Position numbers and translations under genes: made by a program. From a virus (Duplodnaviria > Caudoviricetes), in IMG/VR virus record IMGVR_UViG_3300014205_000220, positions 4,867 through 68,866 of that record: a stretch of 64,000 bases of DNA. One strand, written 5' to 3'. Under the pieces are notes generated by a model that was given only the letters and a program-made list of their open reading frames with translations, was not told the origin of the DNA and searched no databases. Of the stretch, positions 8,660 to 17,652 are shown in pieces (the first letter of the stretch is position 1; each line of letters opens with the position of its first letter).

Positions 8660-8725
8660 GGTTTCTATGTGTTATTTGGTATAAAGATAATTTAATTTTG
8701 TTTTAAAACAAATTTATTATAGAAA

Positions 8726-8944
8726 TTAATTGATATATTCGCTTGCATCCTTATCAAGCCATTCAAGAAGTATTATAAACGTTTTCATAGTGATATGCTT
8801 TTGTTTATTCATTCTTTGAAATACCGTATGTGAAATTCCTAACTTTTTTTCGAGATAATATCTTGGCTTTTTTATTGAATCAAGACGCTTGATAATATCG
8901 GTGTGCATCTTTCTGGTCTTGAATGTTAATTTTTTTGTTTTCAT
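8726..8944 (-). CDS. Small HTH DNA-binding protein
   Basis: LEKKLGISHTVFQRM helix-turn-helix pattern. Confidence 0.55.
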   Translation of the reverse strand: MKTKKLTFKTRKMHTDIIKRLDSIKKPRYYLEKKLGISHTVFQRMNKQKHITMKTFIILLEWLDKDASEYIN

Positions 8945-9720
8945 TATCTTAAATCCATTTCTTTTTCAACCATTTCATATAATTCAGCATCGAACTTCGG
9001 GCTTTCACAATCCACATTCAGCAAATAGTCTTTTAACGATTCCGTGCTTTGGTTTTTTATAGAGATAAACATATTATCCAAAAATGTTTTACGGTCAACA
9101 ATCGGTGCTTTATAATCACTTGGCACTTCTAAATTTTCCTTTGCTCTTTGACCCAACTTCGATGGTAACGTTAGTTTTTCCGAAACCTCCATTTTATCAA
9201 ACGATTCCTTGCTCCAATTGAAACTGTTCATTCCGTTCTTCTCTCCTTTTGATTTATTGTGGTGCGATTCCCTTTCAATGGATTTAAGTTCGAGATATTG
9301 CGGAACCCATTTTTGCATTACAGTCTGACCGTCCAACTTATATTCTGTGCCACCTATTTTCCCTTGCCTTGCTAATTTGAACATCAAGACAACATCTTCC
9401 AATGTTTCATAGGCGAATATTTCCGAAAGGTCTAAAGCCATAATCGAAGCCTGTTCTTCCGTGAATTTTTGTTTTACGTTGAAGTTGTCTGATAATCTCA
9501 AAACAAGGTATGTTATGGATTTTACGATGTTGATCTTGTCGATTGACTTTTCAAGTTTTCTTAAAGACAAACTGTTCATTGCTTTTGATACGGTAAGTTC
9601 GCCCTCTAATATCAATAGCTTCATATTGTCATTTTCTGCCAAACATTCTATCAACCGCATCACTGGCTGACCTTTTAAGTTCTGCATCTGATTTTGGGAT
9701 ATTGTTATTCCTGTTTCCAT
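8944..9720 (-). CDS. Replication-associated protein (helicase-loader position)
   Basis: Overlaps and follows the O-like initiator; function inferred from position only. Confidence 0.45.
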   Translation of the reverse strand: METGITISQNQMQNLKGQPVMRLIECLAENDNMKLLILEGELTVSKAMNSLSLRKLEKSIDKINIVKSITYLVLRLSDNFNVKQKFTEEQASIMALDLSEIFAYETLEDVVLMFKLARQGKIGGTEYKLDGQTVMQKWVPQYLELKSIERESHHNKSKGEKNGMNSFNWSKESFDKMEVSEKLTLPSKLGQRAKENLEVPSDYKAPIVDRKTFLDNMFISIKNQSTESLKDYLLNVDCESPKFDAELYEMVEKEMDLR

Positions 9721-10474
9721 TTTCTTGTGATTTTATACTTAATTGTGAAAATTTTTCTCTTAATTTTTTTGTGGATAATATATTTGGTTTCCAAAATTCA
9801 CCTTCATTGCTTCCAAGATACTTAAAAACCTTTGTTAATTGTTCTTTTGTAACCCCATCGTTTTCCATCATCAAACGTATCGGGTCAACATAATTTTTGA
9901 ATTTAGCTTGCTCTTGAATTTTCGATGGTGAATTTTTTTCTTTTAGGTTTTTAATAAAAAGTTGTTGGAATGCTTTTGCTATTTGAAAATATTCTAAAAC
10001 ATTATCTTCCAAGTCTGAAATTTCAATTTCTGACAAAAGAGTATTGTTTATTGTTAACTTGTTTAATTGTTCTTTGTTTAATTGTTTATCTATGTGTTCA
10101 GTTGTCTGCTCAAGTGCTTGCTCACGTGCCTGATTAGATGCTTGTATATGTGCCTGCTCAAGTGCTTGATTAGATGCCTGCTCATTTTTTGATATAGCAA
10201 TAATTCTTGATTGGTGTTGATTCTTTGATTCAGAAACCATTTTTATAAAGCCAAAATCACATAAATCATTAATTACTTTGTAGTAAGTGTTTCTTGAACC
10301 TATACTTAAATTCTCCATAGTTATCATAGTAGGAAGCCCAAACTTTTCTTTTTGACCAAGCCTATTCCATAAATCTACAATATAGAAGTACATATCAGAA
10401 TGAATCGCCTTTACTTTGTCTGGGTTTTCAAACTTATAATTATACCAATACCTTGTCAAGTCGTACCCGTTCAT
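9629..10474 (-). CDS. Lambda O-like replication initiator
   Basis: N-terminal wHTH region, low-complexity Q/A linker, C-terminal FWKPNILSTKKLREKFSQL resembling the lambda O C-terminal motif. Confidence 0.75.
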   Translation of the reverse strand: MNGYDLTRYWYNYKFENPDKVKAIHSDMYFYIVDLWNRLGQKEKFGLPTMITMENLSIGSRNTYYKVINDLCDFGFIKMVSESKNQHQSRIIAISKNEQASNQALEQAHIQASNQAREQALEQTTEHIDKQLNKEQLNKLTINNTLLSEIEISDLEDNVLEYFQIAKAFQQLFIKNLKEKNSPSKIQEQAKFKNYVDPIRLMMENDGVTKEQLTKVFKYLGSNEGEFWKPNILSTKKLREKFSQLSIKSQENGNRNNNIPKSDAELKRSASDAVDRMFGRK

Positions 10475-10476
10475 AG

Positions 10477-10680
10477 CTACTGAATTTTATTGATTTCAGC
10501 GCGTAGGGTCTTTGCGAATTTAATTGCAGTTGATTTGTCCAAACAAATATGCGCTCTGTCATTATCTTGCATATTCACTTCAATAAATATTTCATCTTCA
10601 TTATTAATAAAAACTTCCAAAGTAAAATCTTCAGTTCCACTTTTTTCAGTGCCTTCAAAAAGTAATCTAACATTTGCCAT
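10477..10680 (-). CDS. Conserved Bacteroidota phage hypothetical protein (ICLDKSTAIKFAKTLR)
   Basis: ORF track, commonly seen next to replication genes. Confidence 0.65.
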   Translation of the reverse strand: MANVRLLFEGTEKSGTEDFTLEVFINNEDEIFIEVNMQDNDRAHICLDKSTAIKFAKTLRAEINKIQ

Positions 10681-10731
10681 GATAATAAAGGTTTATAAGA
10701 TACCAGTAAACTATTAAATTAGTCTATAAAA

Positions 10732-10834
10732 AAATCCCTACAAATCCAACTGGGTCGAGCAGTTTTCATTGTAGAGATTTACCTTGAATTTTTTAACGTT
10801 ATGTTTCTCGACCTCATAACTAAAAACAAATATA
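10732..10834 (-). promoter_or_regulatory. Bacteroidota sigma promoter (-7 TATATTTG at 10827-10834) with two-hairpin structured leader
   Basis: Inverted repeats 10798-10803/10815-10820 and 10732-10743/10769-10780; loops carry the complementary ggtcgag/ctcgacc. Confidence 0.6.
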
Positions 10835-10863
10835 CAAAATAATTACATTAGTTGTATGTGGTA

Positions 10864-11550
10864 TTAGAATAAAGTTTCCTGTTTTGGTTCAATGATTGGT
10901 TCTGGCGCAAAACGTATCGTCTTTTCAGTTTCCTTTAAAACCCTTTTTATTGATTCATCGAAGTATCCTTTATCAAGTTCGCAAGCCGTCAAAGTCAAAC
11001 CCATTCCATCAATCTTGTTTGCGCTGTCTACTGCAATTGCTATTGAGCCACTTCCTAAATGAGTGTCTAATATCTTGTTTCCTTCTTTTGCGTAATTATC
11101 TAAAAGCCATTCATATAATTTAACGGGTTTTTGGGTTGGGTGTATTCTATTTGCGCCACCCATTCCACTCATATCATATTGCCTTGTTGCTCTGTCAAAG
11201 GAAGTCCAAGCAAGTTCGCCATCTGCAAACGTCATCCCTTTTTGTTTAAACCAGAAAATCCAGCCTTGACTTGGTATTAAATAGTTAGTAAAATAGTTAC
11301 CTCCCCATATAATTTGATTTTTTGAAGCCCTAAATAGTTCTATCCAATATTGTTTTTTAGGTATTTCATTATCCCAATTTTTCCTTTCCCATTTCTTAAA
11401 ACCACTATTTTTTGACATGCCTCCAGAATTAAGTCTTTTTATCCCATACGGCGGATCAACAATTGCCAAATCAAAATAATTATCAGGATAACGAGCCATT
11501 AAAGACATATTGCACTCATTAGTTAAATTCAAATAACCATTTATAATCAT
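10864..11550 (-). CDS. Orphan N6-adenine/N4-cytosine DNA methyltransferase
   Basis: DPPY catalytic motif, HPTQKP, and ILDTHLGSGS SAM-binding motif. Confidence 0.9.
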   Translation of the reverse strand: MIINGYLNLTNECNMSLMARYPDNYFDLAIVDPPYGIKRLNSGGMSKNSGFKKWERKNWDNEIPKKQYWIELFRASKNQIIWGGNYFTNYLIPSQGWIFWFKQKGMTFADGELAWTSFDRATRQYDMSGMGGANRIHPTQKPVKLYEWLLDNYAKEGNKILDTHLGSGSIAIAVDSANKIDGMGLTLTACELDKGYFDESIKRVLKETEKTIRFAPEPIIEPKQETLF

Positions 11551-11627
11551 AACACAACCTAAATATCATTAATATAATTCTTTGATAGCCTATAAGTATT
11601 GCACCTGATTTTCATCTTTTGATTTTT

Positions 11628-12191
11628 TCAGAAGTAAACCTGACCTTTGCCAGTTATAATTTTGAAATTATATTTTCCTATTATTGAATTTATTTGGTCT
11701 TTATTTAATTTAAACCACTCCCCTCTAACCCTTAACTTATTAAAAATTTTGTGAAGTTTTGTTTCTACATCTAAATCACATATAGCAAATAGTGTTATAG
11801 TTGGTTTCTCTGATTGAAGAGTACGTTCTCTAACTCTTGGATTTTTCGACCTGCCTATTTTGGTTAAAAATGTATTTTCGTCAAACATAAGATATGTCTT
11901 AAAAATTGTTTTATTTAAGTATTCTGGTTTGATTATTTTGGTTGGTATTTTGTTTTTTAAAACAATGGACTCATTTAAAATTAAAACATCTATCAGTAAA
12001 TCATCTTCTGTTGATATATTAGAACTAATTAAAGAAGCTAACGGATTAATTTGTTCGTAATCTTCCAAAACACTAGAACATTCTTTTGCCGATGCATATA
12101 AATTTGAATTAATTTTATACAAAGTTAATCCATAATTATTAGTTATTGTTTTGCTGTTTTTAAAGATTGAAAATTCGATTAGTCTTGTCAT
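11628..12191 (-). CDS. T5orf172/MUG113-like GIY-YIG domain protein
   Basis: TYLM...TKIGRSKNPRVRERTLQ...ETKLHKIF...RGEWF. Confidence 0.8.
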   Translation of the reverse strand: MTRLIEFSIFKNSKTITNNYGLTLYKINSNLYASAKECSSVLEDYEQINPLASLISSNISTEDDLLIDVLILNESIVLKNKIPTKIIKPEYLNKTIFKTYLMFDENTFLTKIGRSKNPRVRERTLQSEKPTITLFAICDLDVETKLHKIFNKLRVRGEWFKLNKDQINSIIGKYNFKIITGKGQVYF

Positions 12192-12205
12192 TTTTTACGT
12201 TTTTA

Positions 12206-12293
12206 TACTACGTGTTAAAAGAAGTGCAGCAGGACGTAGTACCTCATTGAATCAGACCGCTAAATCTGAACTGCACTGTAATTTACAAAATTA
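12206..12293 (-). promoter_or_regulatory. Promoter (-7 TAATTTTG at 12286-12293) and structured leader with interleaved inverted repeats
   Basis: tactacgt 12206/acgtagta 12234, gtgcag 12224/ctgcac 12271, tcaga 12252/tctga 12265. Confidence 0.55.
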
Positions 12294-12297
12294 ATAA

Positions 12298-13122
12298 TTA
12301 ATTACCATAAGAATCAAATATTTTTTTAAGGTAATCCTTATCAATAGCTGAATAGACATTGTAACTTGATGAATGTCCGAAACGGTTTGTGAAACGAACC
12401 CTTTCACGGGTTGCAATATTTTTCATAAGGTCGGATTCAATCTCCGAAAGCCTTGTTTGGAATTTAAAGAACATAGAATCGTTAATAACGAACTTTAAAC
12501 TGATTGCGTCAAAGGTAATTAAATACCAAATCGCTAATTGATGTTGATTTTTAGGTTTCATGGTTTATGTGTGTTATTTGTTATTTAAGTTTTATCCTAT
12601 CCATATTAATTTATTGCTATCGCCTAAATCATATAGTTGGTTTAAGTAGTCGTTAAAGAATTCTTGAAAATCTCCATCAAAACCATTATGAATCCCAATT
12701 TTTGGATTTTATAGTTCCGTCTGCTAAATTTTTTAAAAATTCAAAGTTATCTACTAAAGTTTCCAATTCATAGAAAATAGTATCTCCATCATCAGAAGTT
12801 TCATATTTTTTAAGTATTGGGTTTAATTGTCTTAAAAGCTCGTTACATAACTTAACTATAAGTTCTTTACTAGTTTCATCTTCAAATAGATGTTTTATTT
12901 TAATTTTGTGCTTCCATTGTTTCATAATTTCTGTGTTATTTAAAGTTGATTTTTAAGGTCTAAATGATGTCCTCTTTCAAAGTACTTGCGTTCTGCCGGA
13001 AGTAGGTCTTTATCTCCGCGAATAAATCCTTTCACGAATGTTATGGCTACCTCTACGCCATCTTCACGGAATATGTAGTAGGTTTCTTGGTTTTGGCAAA
13101 TTGCGGTTGTTACGATCATCAA
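12298..13122 (-). CDS. Three small hypothetical ORFs (12298-12561, 12686-12925, 12940-13122)
   Basis: ORF track, co-oriented. Confidence 0.6.
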
Positions 13123-13562
13123 AATTCAAGTGTTATTTCTTCGTTAGGCTTTGGAATTTCAGTATTAAAGAAATCCTTTGCAAGTGTTCTGCAACGCTCG
13201 TAGAATGTTTCCGCTTCGGTTGTAGTGTTCTCTGTACTTCGTTTCGTTCTCCTTAAAACTTCTCCAGTCTTTTCGTTTACAAGTTCTTCGTAATTACAGT
13301 TGGTCAACAAAAATTCGTGTACCCTTTCAATACTCCATAGTTCAGCCCATTCTTCTTTTATTGCATTTTGGAATATTGGAACGATACACGAAAAATAATA
13401 TTTGTTCTGTTGATTTGACCGTTTATTAGAACGCTTTTTGAACGCAACATCTATCGTATGCCCTTCGTAATGCTCTAAAATCTGTTTTATTAGATTTAGG
13501 TTTGACGCAAATTTTCCGTTTGTAATCTTAACAGGTATTTGGATAGATGATGCTACTTTCAT
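13119..13562 (-). CDS. ninB: NinB-like recombination protein
   Basis: KRSNKRSNQQNKYYF...RSTENTTTEAETFYE pattern in a lambdoid recombination context. Confidence 0.65.
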   Translation of the reverse strand: MKVASSIQIPVKITNGKFASNLNLIKQILEHYEGHTIDVAFKKRSNKRSNQQNKYYFSCIVPIFQNAIKEEWAELWSIERVHEFLLTNCNYEELVNEKTGEVLRRTKRSTENTTTEAETFYERCRTLAKDFFNTEIPKPNEEITLEF

Positions 13563-13563
13563 T

Positions 13564-14067
13564 TCAATTGATTTTTAGATTCAAGTGGTTTTCCAATCTG
13601 CAACCATCAACCTCTAAACCACTTTCGAGTGCCTTTTTGATGGCTACTTTATTCGGTGCTTCGGTTACTTTTACGGTCTTATACTCTTTAGGAAGTTGAT
13701 TGACCATATCTTCATCCACTTCTACCGATGTAGATTTTCTTGTGCCAAAAGAAGTCAACCCTACTTCAAAGTTTCCAAATGTTTTTACCGCTGAAAGTAA
13801 GTTGTCTTTTAATCGGTCAACAATGTTGTTGTTTCGTTTCTTCATCGCTTGAAGTCTTTTGACCTCGTTGTCGATTAAGTCGTTCATAGCATCTTTTGTT
13901 GAAATAACAGTTAAATAAGCGATGCTTTTCTGTTTTAGGTTGGATTCGTTCAATGCGAGTTTTTCTTCCATTTCTTCTGTAAGCTCTCCCTCCATTGCTT
14001 CGATTTCCATAATCAACATCCGTTGTTCTTCGTTGATGTCGTAAAGTGATTGTTTTGTAGTTTCCAT
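13564..14067 (-). CDS. Siphovirus Gp157-family protein
   Basis: SLYDI...EVKRLQAMKKR...RKSTSVEVDE...PNKVAIKKALESGLEVDGCRL. Confidence 0.85.
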   Translation of the reverse strand: METTKQSLYDINEEQRMLIMEIEAMEGELTEEMEEKLALNESNLKQKSIAYLTVISTKDAMNDLIDNEVKRLQAMKKRNNNIVDRLKDNLLSAVKTFGNFEVGLTSFGTRKSTSVEVDEDMVNQLPKEYKTVKVTEAPNKVAIKKALESGLEVDGCRLENHLNLKIN

Positions 14068-14101
14068 TGTTTATAATTTTTAAGATTTATTAATTGTTTG
14101 G

Positions 14102-14197
14102 TTATAGTCGGATATTGTTTATTGGTGATTGAATTTTACTATACCCTCTACGTTTCATTTCCTGAATGAATTTGGTTTTGTGTTCAGACGTGTTCAT
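14102..14197 (-). pseudogene. Internally deleted tyrosine integrase (IntI-like) remnant, 31 aa
   Basis: Manual translation MNTSEHKTKFIQEMKRRGYSKIQSPINNIRL*. The first part resembles an integrase N-terminal SAM-like start and the last part resembles the IntI C-terminal I.SPL motif. It points away from the adjacent cassette array. Confidence 0.55.
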
Positions 14198-14387
14198 GTT
14201 TTTATATTGGTTTTATTAGTGTTTTAAGATGTTGAATACATATAATAGTTATAGTTAATGCCTTACTCGAACGCTTTATAAAAAAGGCACTAACAATAAC
14301 ACCGTGTATAAAGCAGTCTTTAGGTCGTTTCATTTCTGCAATCTCATTTCCTTTCCCGATGAAAAAACAAAAAGCCATTGCGCTTTT

Positions 14388-14804
14388 TTAGTTACTTACG
14401 GTTAATTCCTCTCCCTCAAAAAAATAAAATAGGTTTTGCAATTGATGAACGTATTTTATAAGAAACTCAATATCGCAATTGGCTATTTTGAAAATTTCAC
14501 AATCAAAGACGCCTATTCTTTTGTTTTCCCAAACAAGGCTAAAACTGTTTTCTTTAAATCCTAGTTTCTTTAACCAATCTTCGGTTAAAATTATTCCCTC
14601 AAAACTTTCAAAAATTTCAACGTTTGTATCTTTAGTTTCAATCCAGATTGAATGAGTTGTATATCCAACATAATCTAATAAAACGACTTGGCCTACTGCC
14701 TTATCCATTACTAATTCAGAGTTTTCATAATCCCAATCACATTCAAGGCCTTTCTCATAATTTCCAACTACGTAGTTACCTATTCTTAATTCGTTTGTTT
14801 TCAT
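14388..14804 (-). CDS. Hypothetical phage protein (MKTNELRIGNYV...KYVHQLQNLFY family)
   Basis: Probable start is the ATG at 14804; common Bacteroidota phage motif. Confidence 0.75.
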   Translation of the reverse strand: MKTNELRIGNYVVGNYEKGLECDWDYENSELVMDKAVGQVVLLDYVGYTTHSIWIETKDTNVEIFESFEGIILTEDWLKKLGFKENSFSLVWENKRIGVFDCEIFKIANCDIEFLIKYVHQLQNLFYFFEGEELTVSN

Positions 14805-14808
14805 GTTT

Positions 14809-15090
14809 TTAATTGTAAATTCCTTTTTTTGCATCGCCTAAAGTTTCATACCACAAATCTTTAGTTTCTTCATCAACATTCCACCAAATAATATCTTCTT
14901 TTTCCTTTTCAATTTTTTTAATTTCCTTTTCTGAAAGTCCTTTTTTTAATTCCTCAATGAGTGATAATATTTTTTGATTTTCCATTTTGTTATTAATTTT
15001 TAGAGTTATTACTGTGTCGCATTTTGACATACATATTTGAAAATAACCTCTTTGGTTTCCAATAGTCTTCCATTCGTGATTACATTTCAT
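14809..15090 (-). CDS. Hypothetical protein (probable start MKCNHEW)
   Basis: The track ORF extends to 15177 across the att arm; the first ATG inside the loop is at 15090. Confidence 0.55.
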   Translation of the reverse strand: MKCNHEWKTIGNQRGYFQICMSKCDTVITLKINNKMENQKILSLIEELKKGLSEKEIKKIEKEKEDIIWWNVDEETKDLWYETLGDAKKGIYN

Positions 15091-15194
15091 ATTTAGTCTT
15101 TTAATTGCACTTCTATTTTTTTTTTTGGCTGTTTTGCCGAGTTGATTTTTAGCCCAGACCGCTTCATACACGATCAACGTTGTAGGTAATAAGC

Positions 15195-15437
15195 CTACTC
15201 ACTTTCTGCTACAATTGGAGATACATAAACAACAATGCTGTCGTAGTTTTCCAATTCTGTCGATATATGATGGCAAACATTTTCAACTAAAAATGCCCTT
15301 GTACCAAACTCGTTTTTCCGCTCCCAATTATATGGTAACATCCATATCGTTTCCCCAATTCTTGGCACATAGTTTTTTGTCGATGTTCCAATTGATTCTT
15401 CAGAGTTTTCTAATTCTACAATAAATTCAATATTCAT
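15195..15437 (-). CDS. Cassette 7 hypothetical protein
   Basis: ORF between R' 15179 and R'' 15482. Confidence 0.7.
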   Translation of the reverse strand: MNIEFIVELENSEESIGTSTKNYVPRIGETIWMLPYNWERKNEFGTRAFLVENVCHHISTELENYDSIVVYVSPIVAESE

Positions 15438-15481
15438 AATTTCAGTTTTTAGTTTTTAGTTTTCAAATCCGTAGGCTTACA

Positions 15482-15534
15482 TACCTACAACAATGTATAA
15501 ACGGCATTAAAACGACCGTTTATACTCACCGTTA
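15482..15534 (+). repeat. attC-like site 7 (minimal, 53 bp)
   Basis: TACCTACAAC-aat-GTATAAACGG-cattaaaacga-CCGTTTATAC-tcacc-GTTA. Confidence 0.85.
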
Positions 15535-16050
15535 AGTTACATCCATTTCATAAACATCGACTTCATAGCCTTTGTTCCTTTTAGCAAATTCGTTTACGTG
15601 AAATTCAAGGCTCATAGAGTGACCTATTTTGAGTTTCAGTAGTTTGTAAAGTTCTCTTTTGTCGATTTGCTCCCCATTGAGCCACGCTTTGTAGAAGTAG
15701 CCGTAATTGGTTATAGAAACTTTTAATTTCTGCGGTTCTGAATTTACGTGTTCTGCGTAAAGATGACCTGACATATCAATATCGAAGTTCTGTTGTCTTA
15801 ATTCGTCGAATGATTCTCTTGTTGCTCCCATTGTGTGTTATTTATGTGTTATTAAATTATAAAACGATACTAAACGTGCGTGATACGGTAAAAAAAGTTT
15901 ATTCCCCTTATTGCTCAATAAAGCGTTTATATGAGATTCAGCGAACGTTCTCTGATTTTCTACGATAGTACATTGATCCAATCTTATCGGTTCGTTACTG
16001 AACTCTGTATGCTCTACAAAGTGTATTAATTGTTTAAGTGTTGGGTTCAA
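15532..16050 (-). CDS. Two hypothetical ORFs (15532-15831, 15838-16050)
   Basis: ORF track. The stop of the first overlaps the GTTA core at 15531. Confidence 0.65.
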
Positions 16051-16956
16051 TTATTCTTCCTCAAATTCATTAAATATTTTATCAATGAGCGCAGAGATAT
16101 AACTTGTTGTTATTTTTTCTTTATCCTTTACAGATCTCAACGCTTCAATCAAAATACCGAAGTAAGCTACATCAACTCCAATCAACTGTTCTTCCAATAC
16201 CTCAATATCGTGCAAGTCCAATTCTGAAATCTGGAACATGATTTTTAAGATTTCACCTGCGCTAATCTGCCAATGACGAAGCAAGAATTTCTTCATTCTG
16301 ATAATAGAAGTCAAAGGATAAAGTGAGCCTTGATATCTTAAATCTTTAGTGAGAATGCTTTCAAGTGCATTTTGGTTAAGTACAAGACCTTCTCTAAAAG
16401 TGAAATAGTTTGTTGCGTGTATGAAATCGAAGGTCTTGTGTATTTCTTCGGCATTGCCATTAAATCTTAAAACAATTTGAATATCATCTGTCAATGAAAT
16501 TGCGTTCTGTGAAAGAAATGCTACTTGGTAAGATTCTTCTATTGGCTGAACTAATTGCTCTGTTCTGATCCCTACGCTTGGTATATCAAGTTTTATTTGG
16601 TTTGCCTTTAGGTTTTTAATCCTTACAAAAAGCTCGGCTTGGTATTCTTCCCCATCGATAGTTTTACCATCAAATTCTTCATATTTAGGGTATCTATCTT
16701 TGATTAGTTCATCCCTTTTTCTTCCATCGAGAACACGATCTTTGCAATAGTACTGTGCTAATTCCAAAAGAGCATCCATATCTTGAATATAAACATCAAA
16801 ATCGTTTACATCTTCTTTCAATAACATAGATGTTATACATCCACCTGAAACAAGTAAATTATCTTTTACCTTATCTCTCAATCTATCATCATTAATAGAT
16901 TTAAGCCAAGCATTCATTTTGCCTGTAATTACTTTTTTAATTGTTTTGGTTTTCAT
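16051..16956 (-). CDS. Pol-beta-superfamily nucleotidyltransferase-like protein
   Basis: VSGGCITS...VNDFDVYI matches hG[G/S]x9-13DhD; later FDFIH and IRMKKF segments resemble CCA/poly(A) polymerase head domains. Confidence 0.65.
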   Translation of the reverse strand: MKTKTIKKVITGKMNAWLKSINDDRLRDKVKDNLLVSGGCITSMLLKEDVNDFDVYIQDMDALLELAQYYCKDRVLDGRKRDELIKDRYPKYEEFDGKTIDGEEYQAELFVRIKNLKANQIKLDIPSVGIRTEQLVQPIEESYQVAFLSQNAISLTDDIQIVLRFNGNAEEIHKTFDFIHATNYFTFREGLVLNQNALESILTKDLRYQGSLYPLTSIIRMKKFLLRHWQISAGEILKIMFQISELDLHDIEVLEEQLIGVDVAYFGILIEALRSVKDKEKITTSYISALIDKIFNEFEEE

Positions 16957-16965
16957 AATTTCTGT

Positions 16966-17640
16966 TTATTTTGTTTTTGCTTTCAGTTCTTCAATCCTCA
17001 ATACGATGTTGCCTTCTTGGTCTTCTGTCATATCGTAGTATGCAAGTGCTTTCTCCAACTTTGTAAAGTCTTCAAGTTCCATTGCTTCGTCGTACTTTGC
17101 TTGTGGCATTTTAGGTTTCGCTTTTGGCTGTGGTGCAACTGTTTTTGGTGGCTCTGTTGTTTTTGGCGTATCGTGTTCATCACTATGTTTTGTGTCGGTG
17201 TCGTCAATCTTTCCAACAGGTGTAAGGAACGTGTAAAGAAGTACGTTTTTAAGTGCGTATGTCGTTGCCTTGGCGGATCCCTTGTCTTGCGGGTCAATTC
17301 CGTGACCATATCCAGCTAACTCTTGACTTTCTCCACTTTCGTGTAAAAGAAGATATTTAGTGGTTACTTTAGTGAAAACACTTTGTTTTGTTTTTGTGGC
17401 TTTTGGCGTTTCTTTACTCCATTGGTCAACTTCTTCCCATCTGTCTATGTGTGTTGATTCTTCGATTCCGATAGGTAGAATACAAAGACCGTGTTTAGCC
17501 ATTGCATCGTTAAAAACTTCTTTGACGTCCTTGTCTTTTGTACCGTCATAAGCACTGTTTCCTACGCCTATTCGACTGTTCTTTTCCATTCCTTTTACTT
17601 CTTTCATTACCGCTATAACGGCTTTTGCTAAATTTTTCAT
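16966..17640 (-). CDS. erf: ERF-family single-strand annealing protein
   Basis: GYGHGIDPQDKGSAKATTYALKNVLLYTFL...DDTD. Confidence 0.9.
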   Translation of the reverse strand: MKNLAKAVIAVMKEVKGMEKNSRIGVGNSAYDGTKDKDVKEVFNDAMAKHGLCILPIGIEESTHIDRWEEVDQWSKETPKATKTKQSVFTKVTTKYLLLHESGESQELAGYGHGIDPQDKGSAKATTYALKNVLLYTFLTPVGKIDDTDTKHSDEHDTPKTTEPPKTVAPQPKAKPKMPQAKYDEAMELEDFTKLEKALAYYDMTEDQEGNIVLRIEELKAKTK

Positions 17641-17652
17641 GGTATTTCGTTT

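Larger units (their letters stand above)
14286..15188 (+). repeat. attC-like site 6 with an ~840-bp loop holding two ORFs
   Basis: Arms gtgtataaagcagtc 14304-14318 and gaccgcttcatacac 15157-15171, complementary at 13 of 15 positions. Confidence 0.7.
14230..15534 (+). mobile_element. Integron-like gene cassette array 2 (attI-like site near 14248, two cassettes)
   Basis: GTTATAGTTAATGCC 14248/GGCACTAACAATAAC 14286 near-complementary; GTTGTAGGTA 15179/TACCTACAAC 15482 exact; final GTT at 15531. Confidence 0.8.

Noticed and set aside
14205-14380. 58-codon minus-strand frame crossing the attI-like site
   Set aside because: It is below the track cutoff, has no motif and no good leader, so it is likely incidental.
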